64,000 bases of DNA from assembly GCF_028641065.1 (NCBI RefSeq), contig NC_073404.1:14322001-14386000 (forward strand), written 5' to 3'. A program made the position numbers and the translations under genes. Shown here piece by piece: positions 38,901 to 50,700 of the stretch. The notes below the pieces were generated by a model that saw only the letters and a program-made list of their open reading frames with translations, did no database searches and had not been told where the DNA came from. Position 1 is the stretch's first letter. Each line of letters opens with the position of its first letter. The DNA comes from Leucoraja erinacea (Eukaryota).

Positions 38901-41900
38901 GCAATACCTGAACGGCAGTGGTTTGGTACAGAGAATATGTTCCACTATGCATCTCTGCTCTGCTGCCAACTCCTGGAGGCAATGTTTATCTTGTTCTTCT
39001 ATTGGAATAAAGGCAAAACTCGAAATATCTTCATCGAAATAGCAGTTGTACATATACATTAAAATATCAATTGCAGGAAAATTGTTACAGTAAAACTCTG
39101 TTAATTGGAACATTAGTAACCAGAGGGACATCTTTATGAACTAATTATTCTAATTAATACTCCAACGTAATTTAAAATCACTATTTAAAAATTTCCAGCA
39201 GGGCCTGCATGTTCAGAGGGATTGCGGGACTGCCACCATGTACAGAACAAAGATTTTTCAACAATTCAACAGCAAATTGTAAGAGTTATACTCTTTGTGC
39301 AAAATTATAATTGGTCCAATCAGCAAGCATATCTTGATAAAAATCATACCCTTTTTATCACCTGAAACACAAAGATAACAACCCAAATGAATTCTTCTAA
39401 TTTCTAGCAAGTCAGGGTGTGGTATTTGGTACTTTTTGAACACTAACTACATCATTTGACCCAATTAAAGCCCATTATTTACCATGGTTTTTACGTCAAT
39501 TATGATGGTCAAGAATGCAAAGCCCAATGGGGTCAAAGGAAAATTGGTAAACTGGATTAAAATTAAGCTCAGCAGGGGAAAAAGCCAATGGGAGCTTGGG
39601 GTGTGTGGTGAAAGCAGTAGGGTTTTATGGGATTCAATACTTGATCCTTTGCCTCTTTATCCACCAGAAAGCTGATGTAAAAGAAAACAGGGACCATGTA
39701 ACCACAAAGTGTTGGAATAAATCAGCAGGTCAGGCAGTACCTGTGAAGGGAATGGATAGGCTATGTTTCAAGTCACACCTGGAAAGGCTGCTGGGCTACC
39801 TGGATGGAGGTGAGGAGGTGGTGGTGTAGGGAGAGGTATAACATCGCTTGCAAATGCAGGGGAAAGTACCTGAGGAGGGGGCAGGTGGGCGGAAATGGAG
39901 AAGTGAATCAAGTAGCTGGAGGGAGTGGTTGCTGCAGAAAGGGGTGGGGATGGGAGAATTACACTGATGTGGGGTCTCTATCTAGCCAAGGTGAGCGAAC
40001 AAGAAAAGCGAAGTAGCAGAAAATAAGGGTGCTCATTAAAATCCTGCTTCAGTAAATTTACTATGTTGCAACAATACATTCATCCTTCAGCAAAACTGGT
40101 GTATCAGAGGAGTCCAGTCTTACTCCCACAACACACAGAAAATTCTAGATTTAAAAAAAATAAACCGCCAAGAGAGAGCCACACTTGCAAGGCCACCTTT
40201 TGAAATGATGGACTTACCGGTGAGGAGAAATTGTTCCAGTTGGTTGACCCATGTTAGCCCAATGCTGTGTACACCAGCAATATGTGTGCAATGATAACGC
40301 GTCAGACACAATGGATCTGGAATGAGAATGTTATATGAATGAAAGGCAGCTAATCAGAGGTTACACTGAAAAAAAGTGTCACAAATCTAAGTCATGTACA
40401 TATACTAGTACAAAGGGAAATAGAGTTTACCTTTGTGTAAAGTGATTGGACAGGAGAAGTCGGATTGTAGTTGCTCATCGTCATCTCCTGTGGCCAGCTT
40501 CAGGACCAATTCTAATTCTACGCATTCGAATACATAGAGTGAAGGAACAGGCTCGCACCTCAGGTCCCACGATTCATTACTCTTGAGGCAACATGAAGAA
40601 AATGACCCTTTATTTTCCAAAGTTTATAGTATTCTACCATTCACAAGATTCAATTAATTCTTCACAAAAAACAGTTCCTGGATCAGATCAGCCAACATAC
40701 GATACAACATTTCAGAAATTGAAGTCAAAGTTGATAAATGTACATCAACTTTTCAACCTAGAATCGCCCACTCAGCCCACATGGTTATGTCTGAATGTTT
40801 GACGGGTCTCCTCTTGTCCCCATCTTACCCGATGCCCATACCCTTTAATTCCTTGCCTTATGGGCCTCTGATACCAATTAAATGCATCTATTCAACTGTA
40901 CCCTGAGCAGGCTGTTTAATATTCTAACTAACTCAAAAAATTCCCTGAATTTCCAACAGTATTTATACACAATCATTTTACAAATTTGGTCACTCTCTCA
41001 ACATTATAATAAATATGAAGAAAATAGTTTTATCTGCTAGACCCCATTCAGTCCAGCTTCAGCCTTGTTTTCTCAAATGATTGTAACCTGGCCATTCTCC
41101 TATCACCTTGGTTAATGCTTTTCATGCCTTTTTCATCCTTATAATATGGAGAGAAAAACTGCACATATTTGGTCGGGTTAGGTTTAGTATAACTGCTATT
41201 TTATCAAATGATGCATTTGGAAATAAACCAGTCTTCTGGCTTGAAGATAAATCATCTTGATAACTTAGTTAGTAATTCTATTGTTTTGCTTTCATCTGTA
41301 TCCCTGATTTTTTTGCTTTCGACCATAAGCAAGCTTCTCAAATTGGAAGGATATCGATTACCAAAATCCACCCCCATATAATCCTATTGAAATTATTTTG
41401 TCACTCAAGTAACCATTCTGCAAGTTAGCCTTTTTAATTATTCCTTTGGCCAGTTATCTTATCAAGTTCCACAGCTGCTCCTGCTGTTTGTTGTATCTTT
41501 CTTATCACAAGACTATTTCTGCCATAAGAAAGAATTGTGAGACTAGTAGATAGACACAAATTGTTGGAGTAACTCAGCAGATCAGGCAGCATCTCAGCAG
41601 GACTGGAGAGAAGGAATGGGTGTTTTGGGTCAAGACCCTTCTTCAGACGTGTGTCTCGTGTGACAAGTAGGTTGTTTTCAATTGGTAATGCCCTTTAATC
41701 TACAATTTGAGAGGGAGAAGGGAAAATCAGAAGTGTCAGTATTACAATTGAGCAAAGGCGATTATGGAGGCATCAGGGACGAGCTGGCAAAAGTTGACTG
41801 GAAAGAGACCCTAGCATGGATGACAGTGGAACAACAATGGCAGGTATTTCTGGGAATAGTACAGAAGGTGCAGGATCAGTTCATTCCAAAGAGGAAGAAG

Positions 41901-44900
41901 GATTCCAAGGGGAGTAAGAGGTGACCATGGCTGACAAGGGAAGTCAAGGGAAATGTAAAGATAAAAGAGAAGTATAACATAGCAAAGATGAGCGGGCAGC
42001 CAGAGGATTGGGAAACTTTTAAAGAACAACAGAAGATAACTAAGGCGGCAATACAGGCAGAAAAGATGAGGTAGCTAGCCAAAAATATAAAAGAGGATAG
42101 TAAAAGCTACTTTAGGTATGTGAAGAGCAAAAATTAGTTAAGACAAATGTGCGTCCCTTGAAGACAGAAACAGGTGAATTTATTATGGGGAACAAGGAAA
42201 TGGCAGACAAGTTAAACAGATACTTTGGATCCGTCTTCACTAAAGAAGACACAAACAATCTCCCAGATGTACTAGTGGCCAGAGACCTAGGGTGACGGAG
42301 GAACTGAAGTAAATTCATATTAGGCAGAAAATGGTGTTGGGTAGTCTGATGGGATTGAAGGCTGATAAATCCCCAGGGCCCGATGGTGTGCATCCCAGGG
42401 TACTTAAGGAGGTGGCTCTAGAAATTGTGGACGCTTTGGTGATCATTTTCCAATGTTCTATAGATTCAGAATCAGTTCCTGTGGATTGGAGGGTAGCTAC
42501 TGTTATCCCACTTTTTAAGAAAGGAAGGAGAGAGAAACTGGGAATTATAGACCAGTTAGCCTTACATTGGTGTCCAAATTTAAGGAAGGACATTGCTATT
42601 GAGGGAGTGCAGCGTACGTTCACGAGTTTAATTCCTGGGATGGAGGGACTGTCATATTTTGAAAGAATGGAACGACTGGGCTTGTATACACTGGAATTTA
42701 GAAGGATGAGAATGGATCTTATACAAGATTATTAAGGGATTGAACACGCTAGAGGCAATAAACATGTCCCTGATGTTGGGGGAGTCCAGAACCAGGGGCC
42801 ACAGTTTAAGAATAACGGGTAGGCCATTTAGAACGGAGATGAGGAAAAACATTTTTCATCCAGAGATGCGAATTTGTGGAATGCCTCAGAAGACCGTGGA
42901 GGCCAATTCTCTGGATGCTTTCAAGAGAGAGTTAGATAGAGCTTTTAAAGATAGCATTCAAGGTATATGGAGAGAAGGCAGGAACAGGGTACTGATTGTG
43001 GATGATCAGCCATGATCACAGTGAATGGTGGTTCTGGCTCAAAGGGCCGAATGGCGTACTCCTGCACCTATTGTCTATCAATGAACTAGAAAACTGAAAC
43101 TAATCATAAATCCTAACTGCATATATCCTGATCTTACCATCTGATACTCTTCTTCATCCCCCTCAAGAACCACACAGTGATACAGCATCCCAGATTGAGT
43201 AGCAATGACCAGAACGTTTGGAACACAGTGCAAGCAGAGTATCGCGCAGGCATCATATCCATAATTATCCTCAGCAGCTGGATGCATAGGCAACGGACCC
43301 AGCAACCTCCCAACAAGTCCAGTACTGGAAGAGAATATTGGAATAAATGCGATATTAAGCTGAATTATAGGCATCTTCATTTTCTCCCGGGGGTGTAATA
43401 CATACTTAAATTGAGAATTAAATTTGGGAATTTCATTAAAGGGCAACATACTTATCTTTGACACAGCATTTATTGTTGTGAGCTACGCAACATTATTCTT
43501 AAAAGATCACAAAGATTGATCTGAATGGAATGAAATTTGCACAATGGTTACCTGTTGTGAGTAAGGCTGCAGTATATTAAGTACGTCTCGCCATTTTCAT
43601 AAAGGATATAGAGTGGATGGACCAAGACCTCTTTTGAACGATGCCTAGGAGCAGTCATCAAAGGACCAAAATCGAATGCAACTGCGATCTCACCCAATGA
43701 TGCTGCATATGACCTGCTGTAAAACAATTAGAAAACAAAGCACAAGAGACAGTTAATAACCAACAAGCAGAAAATAGGAAGAGTATTCAGACATGAACGT
43801 CTTTATCAATGTGGAAATTCTAGTCTCGAAATAGTGTCAGATAACTGTGAGGGAATAGAATAACTATGACCAATTTAACAAAAAAGTGCTCAAAAGGCCA
43901 AATGAAAATTCAATGATGGTATCACAGCCTAGCAATTGAAATCACCAGAGATCAGAAACTTTTTCTAAATAGAAACTGGGACTACAGTCACGGGTCAGAT
44001 GCTCATCTTTTGACTCGTGAGCCTTCAGCATCTACAGGGCATAAAATCAGAGTGGGTATGGATGAGTACAACTCCAACAATCCAGAAATTTAACAATGCC
44101 TAAAAATCAGCAGATTGGTAACTCTATTCTGCACAATAATTTTTTTAAATTTCCTTAACAACTTACCAAGAGAATATGAAAGCAAGTACATGGTAATAGT
44201 AAGTTCAATTCAAAGTTAGTTGCCATCTTTCTGAAAATATACTGATAAACCTACATTATCACTGAACCCCCGAATGATTTTCTGCGGTCACACACCTAGT
44301 TTTGTGGTGTTGAATACTAAGCAGAGTTTTTTGAGGCATGCTCTGAAACTCTGCAAGCTTGCCTTCATGAAAGTAAAAGAATGGCATAAATATTTGCTAT
44401 TACAACTCGATGAACTCTGTCTCCTTTGGGCCAATGTTGTGGCTCCAATGGCTCAACTCGAGTTCAATAGAACGTGGTCAGGCCAATCTTTAATTTTATT
44501 CCGAAGCAGGTCACAAATGTAGTTGCCCAAGAAAGTAGATTGTGTCTGAAGGTAATGGTAATCAGGATGAGTAATAAATTCTGATCCAGCATATTGCACA
44601 GAAAGAAAACAAAATATATTAAAAAAAATCTATGCAAATATATTTACCTTGTAGATGGTACAATACTTTCCTCTTCACTCTGACTAAGGCAGAATATCTG
44701 AACAGGAGTCTGAGGTTGCTTTAAGTCATAAAACCTATGAGGAAATGATGATAGCTGATCATAGTGGAATATTAATTCAGCACATGCTCTCTTAATAATT
44801 GCTTGGACAATGATATAATTAATATTAAAACATTGTTGGAAATACTCAATGGGTCAGTCGAGAGAAAATTTGAACAGGTCATCTCCCTGAAGCATTATCA

Positions 44901-47565
44901 TTGTTCCGCTCTTCAGGGATGCTACTCTAACATTCCTAACATTCTAACATTCGGTGTACATTTTGGACCACCGGGTGGCGCACGTAATGGCCGCCTCGAC
45001 AACAGCCTGTCGGGTCCCTTCTCTGTTTTTATTATTTTAAGTATGCCTTAAATGTATGTTTCAATGTTTCTTGGTTAGTTTATGTGGGGGGGGGTAAACT
45101 TTTTTCAGTTACCTTGACGGAGATGCGATTTTCTCTGTTTCGCATCTCCACCCCTCCTGCGGCCTAACAACTTGGATTGGTGCGACCTTTCCTGGAGACC
45201 GGCCCGGAGCTTTAAGCTGCGCGGCGCGGCGCGGACGTCCCATCTCAGAACGGGCGATCCTTTGCCGAGGGTCGCCAGTAGAAGAGCTCCGACCGCGGGG
45301 CCTGAAGACTTTAACATCGTGAAGCCCGCGGTCTCCGGTAAGAAGTGGCCGACTCGGGAGCACCATGCCGCGGACTGTTCCAAATCGTCCCAACGCCGGA
45401 GTTTTGATCATTCCGACGAGGGCCAGGACATCGGGCAGTCGGCAACGGCAATTGCAGAGTGTTCAAGGCCCCGACCGCAGTAAACAAAGAGGAAGATGAC
45501 TGAACTTTATTGCATTCCATCACAGTGAGGAATGTTGATTTCACCGTGGTGGATGGTTATGTTACATTTTATTTTATGTATGTATTGTGTTCTTTTCACT
45601 TAGTATGGCTGTATGGTAACCCAAATTTCAATGTACCTTAGTTGGTTAAGTGTCAATAAATGCAAACTTGAAATTTCTGATTTATAACATCTGCATTTTA
45701 TCTGCTTTACAAGGACATTATGTTGAGCAATATTCCTGTTTACAATCTATCAACAATAAATTATGATACAGAGCAATCCTTCCCACTGCTGTCTCAACGA
45801 TATGCTTTTCATCCTCCCAAGCCTCCAGATCATATCCACATCAAATATCCATATCCATTAAAAAATTGGTGCAGCCCCAAATGGCCACAAGGAAATATAA
45901 ATAAGAGTATCTTATCGTGACAGACAACTCCTAGTCTACACTGTTAAGGAGTCAAGAATTATTTTGAAATTTCAAACTGGTCAAATGGAAGGGGAAACAT
46001 AGCAGAACACTGTCATCGTGAAAATTGAATTGTTAAAAAACACAATTCTTAAAGGCTCAATAGCCAACTTACTTAGACTGTGAATCAACAAATCATTAGT
46101 CCAGCTATAAAGCATTAACATTTGCCAATATTATTTTCAGCTCAATTAGTTTATCTGGCAATATAATGGCATTACCTCACAGAATTATCTGAAGTTAATA
46201 CGACAACATGAGGCTCCTCAGTTTCACTGGGGTACCAAGCAGCATGTCTTGGTGTCAGTGAAGTTGAACTTGTGAAGAATCTTTCAGCTATAGGCACCGT
46301 CCTGTGAATCCAAAAAAAATAGCTTAGCACCCACAGCGTTTTATTTTGGATAAACCATGATTAAACATAATTAAAAATGTGCATTTTAGTGTGCCCTCAT
46401 CAGCACAGTGAACACAACTCACTGCCTCAGGTTTACTAGAATCCATTACAAACAGTTATGAATTTCTTATTTCCAACACTTGTAGGTTTCAATAAATATA
46501 TCGAAGTCTATTTTGCTTCACAGATCTGTGTTTTGACATTCTATTTCTCAATAAACTGTTGAAACATTGCTGTGTAAAAGGTTTAATTTAAATATTTTCC
46601 ATATGGTAACTTACTGCTATAACAACAATAAAATCACATTTTATGTGACACATTTTCACTTTCAAAAATCACAAAAACTACTCACAAACAATTGATTTCG
46701 GACTTTCCACCCTCAAACTCAGATCTTTTGCCCCAACGCTGTGGCAGCTCCAACACCATCATACCTTTATTTCCAATAAGTAGCACATGATGTCGTGTTG
46801 GACTGAGCAAAACTTCATTCACTTCAAACAAGGGTGGATTTATACATAATAGTGTCTGTAGAAGAACAAAGTTAACAATTGAATACCATTTATATTAAAT
46901 CCTATAGTGAGATGCAAGGAGCTACAGTCAAGAATGGAGCTTTCATGTAGAATCAGGTACCAGTTAGAAATTAGAATCAACCCCAGACACACTCCTTTTG
47001 AACCATTTGTTCCTCGCATCACCCTTTAATAGTATGGTTTTGCCGGCTTAGCAAATGTAAAGTCTCATTTATCACCATTTATGTAAAGAAATAATGTAAA
47101 AGAGACAAGTTTCGAAGATTTTCCCCTTCTTCCTCACTCTCCCGGCACACTCTCGTCTCCTCCCTCTATCGCCTCAACCGATCCTCCTTCTCCCCTCATT
47201 CTATACCACCCTGCCCGATCTCTCCCTCCCCCTCCTCTCCTCATTCTCTCCCCTTGACCGATACCCTCGCCCTCCTCCTCTCGCTCTCCCCCTCCATCTA
47301 TCTCCACCCGAGCCCCTCTACCATCATCAACTCCCGCTCGACCCTTTTCCCTCACTACCTGATACGGGACCATGCCGGTGTTCAGGTGCTTGAGGTTGGT
47401 GGTATAAAAGACGCTCTTCGTCCCATCCCAGAAGAAAATGTCGCTGTCCAGACAGAAGAGGAGATTCTTGGCCGGTTCATTGACTCGCCGGTCGCCCTTC
47501 CTCAGCTCACCCAGCAGCGGGTGTTTGAGCAGCTCACCCCACCAGCGCTCACACACATCCGCCAT
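29840..47565 (-). CDS. NUP88: Nucleoporin 88, complete gene, 17 exons, 707 aa
   Basis: Exons 47359-47565, 46686-46855, 46176-46301, 44648-44734, 43552-43716, 43138-43324, 40431-40581, 40218-40316, 38908-38998, 37961-38065, 36691-36843, 35422-35547, 34280-34345, 33778-33858, 33538-33664, 30997-31115 and 29840-29903 join in frame (2124 nt). Recognisable NUP88 blocks: [71 protein letters not shown]-terminal IRTHVNF. Confidence 0.96.
29945..30630 (-). mobile_element. Degenerate CR1 3' fragment (NUP88 intron 16)
   Basis: Reverse-complement CR1 3' region including the CVQFW.P block. Confidence 0.65.
30997..31115 (-). CDS. NUP88: NUP88 exon 16
   Basis: VQMKTEYQ...[11 protein letters not shown]. 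Confidence 0.9.
33538..33664 (-). CDS. NUP88: NUP88 exon 15 (GC donor)
   Basis: [15 protein letters not shown]...TITQ|GCAAGA. Confidence 0.88.
33778..33858 (-). CDS. NUP88: NUP88 exon 14
   Basis: [13 protein letters not shown]...QEIVMK. Confidence 0.9.
34280..34345 (-). CDS. NUP88: NUP88 exon 13
   Basis: [21 protein letters not shown]. Confidence 0.88.
35422..35547 (-). CDS. NUP88: NUP88 exon 12
   Basis: [25 protein letters not shown]. Confidence 0.93.
36691..36843 (-). CDS. NUP88: NUP88 exon 11
   Basis: SPPLLCS...[20 protein letters not shown]. Confidence 0.9.
37040..37710 (+). mobile_element. Degenerate CR1 fragments (NUP88 intron 10)
   Basis: Remnants of the LVRLHLE and DLGV.VH blocks. 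Confidence 0.5.
37961..38065 (-). CDS. NUP88: NUP88 exon 10
   Basis: [24 protein letters not shown]. Confidence 0.9.
38908..38998 (-). CDS. NUP88: NUP88 exon 9
   Basis: [22 protein letters not shown]. Confidence 0.93.
40218..40316 (-). CDS. NUP88: NUP88 exon 8
   Basis: [17 protein letters not shown]. Confidence 0.93.
40431..40581 (-). CDS. NUP88: NUP88 exon 7
   Basis: [17 protein letters not shown]...[10 protein letters not shown]. Confidence 0.92.
41680..43078 (+). mobile_element. CR1 LINE with an internal deletion of the RT core (NUP88 intron 6)
   Basis: [29 protein letters not shown], then a jump at about 42566 to [11 protein letters not shown]; intact CR1 3' tail. Confidence 0.85.
43138..43324 (-). 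CDS. NUP88: NUP88 exon 6
   Basis: [25 protein letters not shown]...[10 protein letters not shown]. Confidence 0.94.
43552..43716 (-). CDS. NUP88: NUP88 exon 5
   Basis: [17 protein letters not shown]...[13 protein letters not shown]. Confidence 0.92.
44648..44734 (-). CDS. NUP88: NUP88 exon 4
   Basis: [23 protein letters not shown], canonical sites, 87 nt. Confidence 0.88.
44955..45672 (+). mobile_element. GC-rich non-autonomous retroposon (NUP88 intron 3)
   Basis: Shares ACAGCCTGTC, T-rich tract, G-run, CCATCACAGTG..TTCAC.GTG.TGGATG and a CAATAAA tail with 51505-52345. Confidence 0.55.
46176..46301 (-). CDS. NUP88: NUP88 exon 3
   Basis: [12 protein letters not shown]...HAAWYPSE...LTSDN. 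Confidence 0.93.
46686..46855 (-). CDS. NUP88: NUP88 exon 2
   Basis: [12 protein letters not shown]...[16 protein letters not shown]. Confidence 0.93.
47359..47565 (-). CDS. NUP88: NUP88 exon 1
   Basis: MADVCERWW...NTGMVPYQ|GTAGTG. Confidence 0.88.
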
Positions 47566-47714
47566 CTTGCCAGCCCGCCGTCCGGCGATGACGTCACTAT
47601 GACAGCAGCAGCCGCTGCCATGAGCATGCGCACGGCGCGCCTACTCAACCTGTGACCGTCGTGCGCATGTGCGTCGCCGTCGTCGTTTTGGAGACCGTCG
47701 CTAGCGGCGGGAGG
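47566..47714. promoter_or_regulatory. NUP88/RPAIN bidirectional CpG-island promoter
   Basis: 149 bp between divergent ATGs; full CRE TGACGTCA at 47589-47596; NRF1-like GCATGCGCA and TGCGCATGTGC near 47624 and 47662; YY1-like CCGCCATCTT overlapping the NUP88 ATG. Confidence 0.85.
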
Positions 47715-47789
47715 ATGGAGTTGCCGTCCGGGCACAGAGCTCTGTACAAAGGCGGCGCCGCTGCCCCGTGGAAGGAGACTTACAGGAAG
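47715..47789 (+). CDS. RPAIN: RPAIN exon 1
   Basis: MELPSGHRALYKGGAAAPWKETYRK|GTGAG. Confidence 0.9.
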
Positions 47790-50700
47790 GTGAGCGCACT
47801 ACACGGTGGGTTGTCGAACGCTCTCGCCCTCCACCTCCGTGAATGGGCCGTGAAGGCGGCATCATTTATACAGTGGGACGGCAGCGCCCTGGGTGAGGGC
47901 CAAGTCCACCCGTCTGAAGAAGGGTCTCGACCCGAAGAGCCACCCATTCCCTCTCTCCGGAGATGCTGTCTGTCCCGCTGAGTTACTCCAGCATATTGTG
48001 TCTGTCTTCGGTTTAAATCAGCATCTGTAGTTCTTTCCTACGGATTCTGAGTGTTGCCCTCCGGAGAGGGGAGTGATTCCCCGCAGCTCCTTGATTGCCG
48101 CTTCTCCAAACTCAGTCACCCGCCAATTCCATGTTTGACGTTCCCTGGTTTCTAAGTACATGTCCGTCCTGGTCTCATTTAAAGTATAAAAGTGATTTGG
48201 ATTGAATTTAATCCACACAATGCTTTCTGGGAGGTCAAATTATGGCGGGACATGCAAAGTGTAAACAGTGACCATAGGAATGTTGACGTGCAGAGCGATC
48301 TTGGGCCAAAGTTCTCTGAAAGCGGTGACACATGAGAAAAATATAGTAAAGGAGGCACAATTAATTGTAGACGCTGGAATCTTGAGCGAAACACAAAACG
48401 CTGGATTAACTTAACGGGTCCAGGTAGCATCTCTGGAGGGAATGGATAGGCTACATATTGGGTCGGGACCCTTCTTCAGATAATATGAAGTGTCCCGTAT
48501 TGTCACCTACCCATTCCCCCCCAGATAGGCTTCCTGACCCGTTGAGTTACTCCAACACTTTGTGTTCTGCTTTATATAATGCCTTCATAGGCAGAGGCAT
48601 TAAGTGTCAGCGTTGATGGGTCATGTTGCAGCTATTTAAAATGTTGGTTGAATCACATTCAGTGCTGTGTACAGTTCTGGTCGCCACATGGAAGGATGTG
48701 GGAGAAAAATAGAATGCAAAAAATATTTATTAAGATGCTGCTTAGAATTAAATGTTGTAGTTATAAGGAAACTGGATAAACTAGGCTTGCTCAAGCTACA
48801 GGGTCTGTGGTGTGATATATAATAACATTCTGAAAGGTGTAGATAAGATAGATAGTCAAAATATTTTTCCCCACATTCAAATTCAGGGACAGTTTCTTCT
48901 CGGCTGTTACCAGGCAACTGAATCATCCTACCACAACCAGATAACAGTATTGCACTACTATCTACCTCTTTAATAACCCTTGGACTATCCTTGATTGGAC
49001 TTTGCTGATTTTACATTATTCCCTTATCATGTTCTATACACTGTAAATGGCTCGATTGTAATCATGTATTGTCCTTCTGCTGACTGGAGAGCGTGCAACA
49101 AAAACATTTCACTGTGCCTCGGCACATGTGACACTAATTAAAGTGAAGCTAGGTTTGGGTCTGGAACAGGAGGTGCACAGAATTAAGATGAGACAGAGAA
49201 CCTGAGAGATGTGTTTTTCTCACAAGGTGGTGATAATCTGGAAAAAACAGTGAGAAGTAAATACAAGTAGGTTGTTTAAAAGGAGTTTTAAACGACAGGT
49301 AATTAGATAGGAAAGACCGAGAGGACTATGGGTCTTGTGCAGGGACATGTGATCATCATGGTCTGCATGGATGAAGTGGGACAAAGGACTGGTTTCTGTG
49401 CTGTACATTTCTAAAATTCTGTAAATGTAGTGAGGTTTGCAGTCGTTACCAAAATTTGGCAATATTGTTGAAATTGTAGGATGCCGCAGCATCAAAGCCG
49501 GACTACCAGACTGCTAAACAACTTCCTGCCACAGGCTGTGAGGCTGCTAAACAGTCATTCCACCTAATTCTGCTGCTTTGCACTGACAATTTAATAACTC
49601 TGGCACTGGCCACTCAAATCAGCTGCCCTGGACATTTTAATGACTATTTTTACTGTATTTTAATGTTGCTGTTTTACCTGCTTTTAATTATACTGTTTCA
49701 TCAGGGACTGGATTGTTTTTACTGTTATTATGTGTGAAATGTTTAAGTTTTATGTGCAATGCTCCGGTATTGCCTGGGAAACGTCTCATTTTGCACTGTA
49801 CAATTGTTGCTTTGCAAGATGACAATAAAGGTTGATGCAAGAAGATATCTGTGGACTGTAAAATGGGTGGCACAGACGTGCAACTGGAAGAGCTGCTGAC
49901 TCCTAATAACATCCTGACCTCGGTAACTATCGGTGTGGAGTTTGCACATTCTCCACATGGATGAGAAAGTGGGATAACATAGAACCAGTGTGAACGGGTG
50001 ATCGATGGTTGGCAAGGGCTAACAGGCCTATTTTCGGGCTGCATCTCATTTTTTAACTTGGCTGGTAATTGGATAGGAAAGATCTAGAGGGCTGTGGGTC
50101 TTGTGCAGGGAAATGTGATCAACGTGTGTAGCATTTGGCTAGGTGGTAGAAAATTGAATTTGTATTGGAGAAAGCCATGAAGTCATATAGAATGGAAACA
50201 GTAAATTTGACCTATCGTGACCATGCCAACTAGTGAGAAACCTTCTTCACATACTCTGTTTATAGACTTCTATAACATGGCGATTCAAGTGTTTGTCTGG
50301 ACACTTAAATGCTTTCAGAGTGGCATTGCAATTGGGAAGGGTAAACAAGGAAAGGAAAAACACGATATCAGGATGTGTAGAGGTACAGATTACTCAAGGT
50401 TGCCATTTTGCTATGTCAGGTAGTTAAGTGAGAATTAACCCAGTTTATCCAATCTCCTTATAAACTACAGAATTATGAAAGTCGTATAAAATGCACGACT
50501 TTATCATCCAAGATGTAGAATTCAAGGCAGATAGACAGAGTTAGAAACACAGAAACAGTTCCAACATCCAATGTCCCAAGGAAGAAAATCCCAGCCTATC
50601 TGGTCTTTCCTTATAATTTGAGTCTCCAGTCCCAATAACACCCTTGTGATTTTTTTAATGCCCTTTTTCAGTTTAATTATATCTTTTCTACAGCAGGCGG

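Noticed and set aside
47134-47358. Gly/Glu/Arg-rich extension of the NUP88 exon 1 ORF
   Set aside because: Lies after the GTAGTG donor; purine-rich low-complexity intron
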